Positions 53,282-64,000 of a stretch of 64,000 nt of DNA are shown here, piece by piece. Under the pieces are notes generated by a model. The model did no database searches. It was not told where the DNA came from and saw nothing but the letters and a program-made list of their open reading frames with translations. The DNA comes from Eledone cirrhosa (Eukaryota), in the NCBI GenBank assembly GCA_964016885.1, contig OZ024763.1:4712001-4776000 (forward strand). The letters run 5' to 3'. Both the position numbers and the translations under genes were made by a program. Numbering within the stretch: the stretch's first letter is position 1; each line of letters starts with the position of its first letter.

Positions 53282-53455
53282 TAATTTTGAGATAGACCGC
53301 CCGTGATGTTTGCTCTAATCTGATTAGTTTTGGAAATTCTACCTGTTTTATGTGAAAAGAGTGGCTCCAGATGTATTAAAATAAGTTTCGCGCCAATTCG
53401 TGTTGCAAAAATTCTTGTTTACCTATATATCATAACTCGTGTGTTACACCTCTAT

Positions 53456-53506
<51 letters not shown>

Positions 53507-53508
<2 letters not shown>

Positions 53509-53605
53509 AGGAAGTTCAAGACCCCGACGTCATAGTTCAGGCCGTTTCGATGGCTATTTCTGATTTCTGTCCAGAAATAGCCGTCGAAAAGCTAAACTCG
53601 CTGTC
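53507..53605. mobile_element. Degenerate family A fold-back
   Basis: AAGACCCCGACG...CCGTTTCGATGGCTATTTCTG...CAGAAATAGCCGTCGAAA. Confidence 0.6.
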
Positions 53606-53617
53606 TTCAATTGGGTT

Positions 53618-54070
53618 TTGGGGTTTTCGTGCCAACCCTTACTTACTCTCAGGAATCTTGGGTAATGACCGAAAGAATACGATCGCGAATACAAGCGACT
53701 GGAATGGGGTTCCTCCGACGGGTCTTTCGAGTAACATTACTCGATACAGTACGTAGCTTTGAGATCAGAGAGTCACTCCAGCAAGAGCCGCTACTTCTCC
53801 GAATTGAGAGATCACAACTCTGATTCTATGGACATGTGGTTAGAATGTCTCAAGAAAGAATTGCTGGACAGATTTTACGGGCAAAACCGATTGGTAGGGG
53901 ACCCAGGTGTAGACCCTGAGCAAGATGGTTGGATAACATCCATGGGCTTGGTTGACCACTTTTGGGGATCCAGCAGAATCAGTTGGAGACGGTTGGAAGG
54001 AGTGTTTGAAGATTCTCCCCCCCCCCCCCCATGACCCTCTCGGGAATAAGTGGGCGAAGTAACGAAGACG
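53618..54070 (+). mobile_element. RTE-clade (Expander/Rex3-like) LINE 3' fragment
   Basis: FVPTLTYSQESWVMTERIRSRIQATGMGFLRRV...EPLLLRIERSQL*FYGHVVRM. Confidence 0.8.
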
Positions 54071-54866
54071 GTGGCGGCGGCGATGGCGACGACTGCAGGA
54101 CTAGAAAGGATTGTCATTCATTTGAAATCATTTTCCTGATGAATGGAACAGTTCTAGTCCAGTAGAAGTCACACAAGCCGAAACCGATTTGGTGCCGTGG
54201 TAAGGATTTTAACTTTTTCTCTCTTTATATATATCTGTGAGTGGATGTGTGTTTGCGTATAATATATTTATAAATGCGTGAGTGTGAGTGTATGTATGAA
54301 TACATTTATTTTTGATTGAGGAAACAGTGTCAGTACAAACATTGCTTCTGCGCATGCGTTGTGTTTAACTGCCATAGGAAAGAAGCAGAGTATGCATTGT
54401 GTGCGTGTTTATGTACGCTCACGTATGTGTGTCTATATATGTACGCGTCTCTGGGTGGGTATATCTGTGCGTTTGTATGTAATATATGAGAGAGTGAGAG
54501 AGAGAAGGAAGGTGGGGTAAAGGAAAGAGGGAGGGGGGAGTGTACCATGACTGAGCTGAGGTAAGCCGACTAATTTCAGGTGACAATACAGCAGTTTGGT
54601 GATTTGTTGTCCACTTAATAAATGGTGTTATAATCCAAGACATGGTCACGGTGGTGTGGGGTGGCGTGCTGTTGTGTGTTGAGGTGTGGTGTGCTGTGTT
54701 ATTGTATGGTGTAGGGTGTTATTGTGTGGAGTGGGGGGAAAAAGAATGATGACTGAGACAAATGTGTATAGATATATATATATATGTAGGGTTGTGTGTG
54801 TGAGTGGTGTTATTTTAAACAAAGACATCTACACAACAACACTTATTAATAGCTACCTACATATGC

Positions 54867-54904
<38 letters not shown>

Positions 54905-55149
54905 GTAGAAGTTTTATTTAAATTGTTGGGATACAACAAGCAAATATTTTTATAACTGATATAAAGCACTCAACAAATTATTGGAGTAAAAATACCATCC
55001 GGGAGCTTCCAACTGAAATGGTCGCATTCTTTAAGGGTATGTCAATATTTATTTATAAAACTGATCTATATTATATTTTATCTGATGAAAGCACACCATA
55101 ATTTAACTTCTAGTATTGGCCCAGGCCATGTCTAACTTAATAGCACCAC

Positions 55150-55582
55150 CTAGCGAAGTCTTTCAAATCAGGATTTGGGCACCATGGCCCACCCAAGTAG
55201 AGAGTTTTTGTTTACGGAGGCATATCCGGGATTCCTTGAAGGAATTTGTCCAAAGACTTCTTGAACTTGATGGGGTCTGTTTCTGTTTTAATGTGTTTTG
55301 GTGAAATGTTAAAGAGAGCGGAGCCAATTGAGGTGAAATAATTGTGCCGTATTGTTGTTATCCGATGCGAGTGAGATTTTTGTCGAGGGCGGATAGCACG
55401 GGGCCCAAGACTTGGGTGCACCTTAAAGGTGATACCAACATCATTTCGGCAATGCTGATGGAATATTTTCCACATCATGCAGATAATGTAGCGCTCACGG
55501 CGACGTTGGAGAGAATAAAAGTTGAGCTTTTCTTGTCGACTCCAATAGTCAAGGCCTGTCATGCCATCTATCTTTTTTGTAA
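55150..55582 (-). mobile_element. CR1-clade LINE ORF2 C-terminal fragment
   Basis: TKKIDGMTGLDYWSRQEKLNFYSLQRRRERYIICMMWKI...LFNISPKHIK...FKKSLDKFLQGIPD. Confidence 0.85.
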
Positions 55583-55606
55583 TTGTTGTCGTCGCTATCA
55601 TGTATG

Positions 55607-55935
55607 TATTTGAGTCCCTCCTTGTGGCCTGCCTTACGTAAAGCTGTTATAGTAGTTTGTGTATTCCTTAAATATTTTTAGATTAGAGGACAAGCGGGAT
55701 ATTCTAAGGGATATACTTTTGATTTAATTACGAAGCAAGGGTGGTTGGAGTTATAACTAATGTAGGCTAGATTTTCCTTATTTTAGGTTCACCTAGGCCC
55801 GTGTTTGAGTTGAGTGTTACATCTAGGAAGTTCGCTTTTCCAAATTTCAGCTCGAAAATAATATCTAGGCCTAGTCTACTAAAGAAAACTCTGTTTTTCC
55901 GTAACCTTTCCATGCTTTGATCGTTCATGTTTTAG
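55607..55935 (-). pseudogene. Degenerate Penelope-like RT fragment, Naiad/Chlamys type
   Basis: Minus translation GLDIIFE..ANFLDVTLNSNTG..; SNHP-like segment (frameshifted); KIFKEYTNYYN.. ..LRKAGHKE. Confidence 0.6.
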
Positions 55936-55982
55936 CTAATATATATATACATAAGTATATACATACATAGGTATATACATAC

Positions 55983-56019
<37 letters not shown>

Positions 56020-56190
56020 ACAGATTAAAGTTTAAGCAAAGAATCGGTGCTTTCACCAGTAACAGGATCTTATATATATATATATATATTTATATATAAT
56101 GGATCAAAGCATATCAAATATGTTTAGAATATTGTGTTTCTCAATAAGCAAGCTCAATAGACAATATCCAGAGCCATAATAACCAAATAA

Positions 56191-56286
<96 letters not shown>

Positions 56287-56776
56287 CCATATATCGCAGG
56301 TAGGCAAATCAGAGAAGCAACTGAAATAGAACTAAGAAAACCAAAGCTGAACAGAAAAAAATGACTGGAATAACGACAACAACCATACACAAGCACACTA
56401 TACTGACTGAAGATAAATATAAATAAATATATACACAAGTACAATAACAACAACCACTAGTGAACAAAGATAGAATACAAACACACAGAGACTCAGACAC
56501 AAACGCGCACACCAAACGGAAAACACACACACACAAACGCATGCGCAAACAGATACGACAAGAAAAAATGAATAATAGAATAGACATTACAATACAACAG
56601 GAGGAAACATAATAGTACCACTGTTGATGTCACAGGTGTGTGCTGAAAGAACGTTGATGGACTATATATATATATATTTTTTTTTTAACCGTTGGTCAAT
56701 CATTGATAAACATTGATTGCCAGCTAAATTAACTATGAAGATATAAACGATACCGAAGCGAAAACCAATCCAAACC

Positions 56777-57298
<522 letters not shown>

Positions 57299-57747
57299 AA
57301 TGCATGTATACAAATGTATACTTGTAAACAGTCATATACACACCTTCTGAGGGGAAATTATATAAAACTAAAACCAACTATTTTCCCACCTTGGTTTTGT
57401 GTGAAGGTGTGTGTGTGTGAGTGTGCATGTGTATATATATATGTGTGTGTGTGTGTATATATATATGTGTGTGTGTGTGTTTATCTGTGCGCGTGCACGT
57501 GAGTGTGAGGTCGAGAGAATGGGAGGTGTTTTAATAGAATTAATGGCTTCTCCTCTGAGAAGATGAGGTGACAACAATGGCGGATGTTGTTTAAAGTTGA
57601 GAAATATAAAGGAACAACTATATATTTCCTTGACATCTTCTTCTGGCCTCGCTGCTTTCATTAAGTTGGCTTGTTTTGTTTTGTTTTGTTATTTTTATTT
57701 TATTTATTTTTTTTTTTTTTGGCTGTGATACCGTAATTATGTATGGC

Positions 57748-57819
<72 letters not shown>

Positions 57820-57925
57820 TTGAAGGGAGGGACACAGGACAAAGACAACGGAAAAAAAAAACAGTGGAAACAAACAAACCATTGTTCTCATCAGTTAACC
57901 TGGAAATCGCTATAGTTTCATTGTA

Positions 57926-57981
<56 letters not shown>

Positions 57982-57985
<4 letters not shown>

Positions 57986-58221
57986 AACGAGTAGGACCCC
58001 GACGGCTGAGCTCAAGCCGTTTCGACGGCTGATTCTGGAAAAAAAACAAAACAAAAAACAAACATTTTTTTTTTTTTTAATAGTCCAGAATTAGCCGTCG
58101 AAACGGCTTGAGCTCAGCCGTCGGGGTTCTACTCGTTCCTATTACCCACTCTACTACCCTAAGTATTGAGTACTTAGGTGCGTTATGGTCCATCTAGTTC
58201 CTTACCACATTTCCTTCGTTA
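57982..58221 (+). mobile_element. Family A fold-back element
   Basis: Palindrome with A/T-rich centre plus tail, TA flanks. Confidence 0.85.
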
Positions 58222-58412
58222 TATATATATATATATATTTACTTGATCGTTTATTTGGCTATGCGAATGATTGTTTAACCATCGTCTCAGTGTGTTTGGC
58301 GTTTAACGTTTGTTATAGCTCTGGTTCATCTGAACCATTGAGCACTTGCCTCACATCTCGGAGGTTGTTTTTCGTTATTTCGTGGGCCGAAATGCGAATC
58401 TCGATAATTTAT

Positions 58413-58458
<46 letters not shown>

Positions 58459-58464
<6 letters not shown>

Positions 58465-58821
58465 GTGAGGTTTTTTTTACAAATTGAAAAATAACCGAGG
58501 TGTCCTACACGAGTGAAAGTATAAAGAAAAAGAGATGAAATCGAAAATGCAACTGGAGTCTTATTTTAAAAAAATATATATATATTTATTTGGTTCCTTT
58601 ACCGGTTTCGCAGTTCTTCTGCTTTTCAAAAGTACAGTTGAGATGAAGGGTCTGTGGTTTTTCTCACATCTGATGTGAGAAAAACCACAGACCCTCCATC
58701 TCAACTCTACTTTTGAAAAGCAGAAGAACTGCGAAACCGGTAAAGGAACCAAATAAATATATATATTTTTAAAAAAAATAAGACTCCAGTTGCATTTTCA
58801 ATTTCATCTCTTTTTCTTTAT
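58459..58821. mobile_element. Family D fold-back element (~300-bp palindrome, axis ~58671, one-sided tail) with two inverted HHRs
   Basis: + arm 58710-58745: CUU-UUGAAAA-GCAG AAGAA CUGC-GAA ACCGGU A|AAG; minus twin at 58597-58632; TA flanks. Confidence 0.8.
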
Positions 58822-59371
58822 ATATATATATATATATATATATATGCAGAGAGGGGGTGGGGGTGGGGTGGCGGTAGAGTGGGAGGGAGTGAGAGAGCGA
58901 GATTGGGAGTTACCTGTTTTGACTAATAAGACTATTGTTGAACTAACTCCTCAATACTTGGGAAAGTAGGGAGTAGGCATTGTAAAGATTTAGTGCCCGA
59001 CGGCTGAGCGCTTGCCTTTATATATAGAGGGGTGTATACGAAAGCATATACTATATGGCAGCTATACTATGGAAGAAATATTTTCTCTGAATACTTAACA
59101 GGATCAGTACGGTCGACAATGCCAGTCAGCGCTGTTTCAAGATATTTCTCTGTATGTGTGCTTGTCAGTATACGTGTTACTATGTCTGTCTGTGTGTGTG
59201 TGTGTGAGTGTGACACGCTTGTATGCGTCTTTTCGTGTGTGCGTTTATGCGTGTGCTTATATGTATGTGCGTACTTGAGTGAGTGTGTGTGTTTATGTGT
59301 TTATGTGTGTGAGCCTGTGTGTGTATTATATACATACCCTACACATATCAAATACATACATGCACACCATT

Positions 59372-59432
<61 letters not shown>

Positions 59433-59790
59433 CATATCTATACACACATACACGGTTCACAAAGCTATGTTGAAATCGTGACTTCACTGAGAGAAAACGG
59501 AATGAGGATACAGGTGAAGGGGGGGGGGGGGGGGCTAATGTGTATTGAAAGACGTGTATGTGTGTATGTGTGTATGTGTGTATGTGTGTATGTGTGTATG
59601 TGTCTGAGAGGACATAGGTTTGTTTTGTGCATAGGTGTGTATGTGTGTAGGTAGGTGTGCGGGGTGGTAGGTGTGAGGAATTCCACATTGTTGACCGATG
59701 GGTGTCTTGGAGATAACATTGGTCAAGAAGAGCGGTGACCTATTTACATAGTGTGTATATATATGTGTGTGTGTGTTTATAATACAGACA

Positions 59791-59873
<83 letters not shown>

Positions 59874-59882
59874 TAGTATTGG

Positions 59883-60152
59883 TGCTCTGAAATAGCGATA
59901 TATACATGAATGTATGTACAGTATATTTGGCAATATACTGTATGGTTAATTAAAAACATTTAGAAGACCATTCACTATGAGTTTTAAAGTAGTGACTACG
60001 TCACTTACTTATTCTCGGCAAAAACAAAGAAGAGTGATCGACAGTCTGTTTCTCGCTCGTTATTGGTTATCAAGACCACTCACCCTTTTGCTTCTGTATA
60101 ATAGAATTCAAGTAATATTTAAGAGCTGATTAAAAAGATAGTTTGCCGGTCC
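59883..60152 (-). mobile_element. Diverged monomer related to the 310-bp retrozyme-like unit; HHR-like fold at 60032-60081
   Basis: Shares TGCTCTGAAATAGCGATATATA, AAACATTT.GAAGACC, TACGTCAC, ATTCTCG and TTGCCGGTCC in the same order. Confidence 0.7.
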
Positions 60153-60629
60153 AGTTAAATATTAGCTCCACTTTAATATTTAATATTGCTTCTTTAGGCA
60201 TTGAGCACGCTTCGCGCTATTTAAGGCATCTAACATAATGTATCATAATATCTTCTCCTCTGAACTTACGATGTATTCTATTTTTAACAAGAATCTGAAG
60301 CCCCTTACAGTAGTGTTTAACTAAACGGTCGAATTAATTAATTTGGTAAATCCTGTGGTAGTTCCACTAAAGTTTCCAAGTGTAACAATTTACGGAGTAT
60401 ATATAGAAATTTACAAAATTATTATTTAAAACATTACATTCCAGAAGAGTGAAAATAGCATTTATTGCATAACACTGACGCGTGTTTCTCCGTATGTGTT
60501 ATATATATCAGTCTAGGATCGCTAATATTTGACTATTTCCATCAAATTAAATCGTATCTAACTACTTTAAAAAAATCATATGTAGACACAACAAATTTTC
60601 AAAGTGGAATAAGACATTTTTCACATAAA

Positions 60630-61330
60630 ATATGACTCTTCGGAAGACAGAAAGTGGTTCCAACGTTTATTCATTGACCGTAACATTACTGGAAATTATT
60701 TTCTGTGAGTCCCTTTAGCTTGTCGGTTACAATTTTTTGTACGATTTTCGCAGTCCCAAAATGATGCTCCTTCAACTTTGATTTCAATTTAAGGAAGAGG
60801 TAGGAATTACACGGAGCTAGATTTGTAAAGTGGATGTGAATGAGAGGAAAGGTTTTACGTCGCCAGAAATTCTCTAATTGAAAGTGCTGTGTAAGCAGGC
60901 ACATTATCTATTATATATGGCCGTGGATTGGCAGTATCGGTAGAGGGTCGGACGCCATGCTTTCCAGCATAGTTACGTCCCTTTACGATCTGAGTTCAAA
61001 TCCCGCCGAGGTTGACTTTGCCTTTCATCCTTACGGGGTCGATAAAATAAAGTACCAGTAATGAACTGGTGATTGCTGGCCTTGTGCCTAAAGTAGAAAC
61101 AATTATCTATTATATATGTGCAGTACCCAATCTCCTGTAATGTCCTTTCGACTCGTCGGACTTGTTTTCGAAGTCGTTCCAAAACAACCCTGTAGAAGGT
61201 ACGATTATGTATCTCTCCTGGAGTAAAACATTTTTTGTTGTCGAAAAGAAGTGATAATCATCGTTTTCACCCTGGATCTGTACATGCATGCTTTCTTCAG
61301 ACGAGGAGAAATTTTTTGCCATTCCTCACT
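60630..61330 (-). pseudogene. Mariner-type transposase relic interrupted by a SINE
   Basis: ERLRKQVRR; DNVPAYTA (DNAPAH motif); NLAPCNSYLFLKLKSKLKEHHFGT (DLAPCDFFLFPKLK motif). Confidence 0.75.
60920..61101 (+). mobile_element. Full-length SINE family 1 with 17-bp TSD
   Basis: ATTATCTATTATATATG at 60903-60919 and 61102-61118. Confidence 0.92.
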
Positions 61331-62072
61331 TAGCAGTTTTGTCTCTGGAGCATACTCAAGCACCCACTTTATTTTTCCCTAGCATTTTTCTCTCCCCATG
61401 TGTGTATGTGTATGATTACAGTCAATAGGTTGTTTTATCATGTTTGTACCCCTAGACTGACACTTATGTCTAACACAATTATCAGAGTATAACTTCGCCA
61501 CACTATATTATATTATATTTTTACTTCATATTGTTACATCACATCTTATTCTTGATGCCACGTTTTACATATAATATATTTGATATCTTGATGTATACAT
61601 TTCACTTACCCCACCCATTATACTACAATTCAATTATTCATTTATTCGCAGGTTTGACAAAGTACCAGATTGGTGAGTAGCGCGAATAAGACCACTGAAA
61701 CTGAAACATGATGAGGAAAAAAGAAGAACCATACAGCATCGTCCTTCGTACGAGTTAACAAGAGATGTGTTCAGACCTTAGGTAGAGGAGCCTGTTCGAA
61801 AAATATATTGCAGTCCTCCATTTCATGCCACAAAAACAGGCGATGGGCCTGCGACCTGTATTGGAAGGCGTGGGATGGACGTACAAAGGTCACGTATCCC
61901 GAGACCCCAAAGAGGGTCCGAGAGAGGGGGGGGGGGGGTAAACCTTGACAGTTGTAACCTGGAACATCTTATTCTTGACAGTTAATAATAGATGTATATG
62001 CTCCTTCATTAACATTTGGTCTAACGAAGCATATAATATCAAATGAATAGAAGTAAACATACACACACGTGT

Positions 62073-63250
62073 ACACCAGGTCCGAACACAGAGGAGCCAA
62101 ACTCCCACTGTCATCGCCTCCGTCTCTCCCGCCCTCCCCACCACACACATACACCAGGTCCGAACACAGAGGAGCCAAACTCCCACTGTCATCGCCTCCG
62201 TCTCTCTCGCCCTCCCCACCACACACATACACCAGGTCCGAACACAGAGGAGCCAAACTCCCACTGTCATCGCCTCCGTCTCTCTCGCCCTCCCCACCAC
62301 ACACATACACCAGGTCCGAACACAGAGGTACCGAACTCCACTGTCATCACCTCCGTCTCTCTCGCCCTCCCCATCTCTCACTATTATGAGCAAATGGGGT
62401 CCCACGGGCTGGCCGCCCCACGGCCCCGGCAGACAGAATAGCGAAGGCGTTTCCCCGAAGGATGGTGAGGGAGATGCGCTGGACGAGCCATTCCAACTCG
62501 CGAGGTTCACACCTGCGACTCGCCAGATCAGCGCCTATGGTGGTAAGTAGGGAGGTAGCCCTAGGGCCAAGGACACCAGAAGTCTCCACTGCTAGGGGTA
62601 GTCAGCTCTGCACCTATGGTGGTAAGTAGGGAGGTAGCCCTAGGGCCAAGGACACCAGAAGTCTCCACTGCTAGGGGTAGTCAGCTCTGCACCTATGGTG
62701 GTAAGTAGGGAGGTAGCCCTAGGGCCAAGGACACCAGAAGTCTCCACTGCTAGGGGTAGTCAGCTCTGCACCTATGGTGGTAAGTAGGGAGGTAGCCCTA
62801 GGGCCAAGGACACCAGAAGTCTCCACTGCTAGGGGCTCGACTGCAAACCTGCTTGAGAGCGACCGATACTTGGAGAGTTTACCCTCCTCAATCGGAAGTG
62901 CAGCAAAGCCTGGGTTATTCGCAGATGCACCAGGTTGCCGCTGGAGAATGTGCCGCTGCATGTGGCATCGCAGACGAGGGGTTTACCACCGTGGAACGGG
63001 AAGATGGTCAAGCCGTCTGCCCTTTTGCCGTTCTCTCTGTCCATCCCCACTGGCTCGAGTCGGGAGGGGATGCATGCGGCATCCAAGCCATGCTTTAAGA
63101 CCTTGTTGAGCGCAGCATGACGTGGAAGGTGGCAGCACTGTAGCGACAGGAAAGCGGGTGGAGGCCGAAAGAGTCTTCGGTGGATCGGCGGCGACATTTG
63201 TGTGGCTCGCAGATCCGGAGACCGACCCTCAAATTATAGTAGGTGACACT
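62073..63250 (-). mobile_element. CRE-clade LINE 3' region with two internal tandem expansions (4 x 78 bp at 62073-62373; 4 x 79 bp at 62534-62835)
   Basis: RVGLRICEPHKCR..DSFGLHPLSCR; EPVGMDRENGKRADGLTIFPFHGGKPLVCDATC; KLSKYRSL..VEPLAVETSGVLGP; [16 protein letters not shown]. Confidence 0.85.
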
Positions 63251-63602
63251 TATGCAAGGTGCCGCGTGGTGGTACTGAACCCCTAAACCCACAAGCTTCT
63301 TTGGCGACCTCTTTAAACTATACAGCCTTGCCTGTTCCCCTTGTGGTCTACCGTTACACCTGATGATGCTCTGGTCTGTGGTGACTGGTGGGTGGGGGGT
63401 CTATACGCCCACTTTAACCTCTGACCTAGCAAACCTAGCAAAAAAGGCCGTCATTTGTAAATTAATGATGGTGAGTTTTATGGGGGGGGGGGGGGTGAAT
63501 GATAGTTAAAGTTTCTGGAATGGCAGTGGCAAGGGCTGGGAGATGGGGTTGACCTTTCATCACTTTTATTATTGTGATGGGATTATATCGGGACTACGAC
63601 TC

Positions 63603-63640
<38 letters not shown>

Positions 63641-63642
63641 TG

Positions 63643-63677
<35 letters not shown>

Positions 63678-63706
63678 TATATATATATATGTATATATAT
63701 ATATAC

Positions 63707-63778
<72 letters not shown>

Positions 63779-63803
63779 GTATATATATATGTATATATAT
63801 ATG

Positions 63804-63870
<67 letters not shown>

Positions 63871-64000
63871 GAATATATATATATATGTATATATATATAT
63901 ACATATGTATATACATATATATATATATATATATATACATACATATATATATATATGTATATATATATATACATATGTATATACATATGTATATATATAT
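63603..64000. repeat. (TA)n/(TACA)n microsatellite
   Basis: Direct reading. Confidence 0.95.

Noticed and set aside
63355-63400. CTGATGATGC motif
   Set aside because: No downstream GAAA/NUH

Overview
AT-rich eukaryotic, repeat-dense intergenic or intronic DNA. The tRNA-derived SINE families and extreme (TA)n/(CA)n load resemble an octopod cephalopod (inference). No intact host protein-coding gene is visible, and almost all ORF-track entries are microsatellite read-throughs. The window holds about 20 SINEs (including a 9-copy tandem SINE array and a SINE-tail minisatellite), truncated LINEs (CRE, Tx1/L1, RTE, CR1), a mariner relic and two Penelope-like element (PLE) relics (Neptune- and Naiad-type). 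Most notable is a dense set of hammerhead-ribozyme (HHR) elements, most of them in or beside (TA)n tracts. The centrepiece is a 2.8-kb head-to-head array of identical, highly structured 310-nt units, each with a minimal type I HHR (9 ribozymes, 40.7-43.5 kb). It looks like the genomic copy of a retrozyme-type circular RNA. A diverged sister monomer with compensatory stem changes lies at 59.9-60.2 kb. Several other short fold-back HHR families are present, some with non-canonical cores (U3-A8; U10.1-U11.1). All structures were derived by eye and no folding or database search was run.
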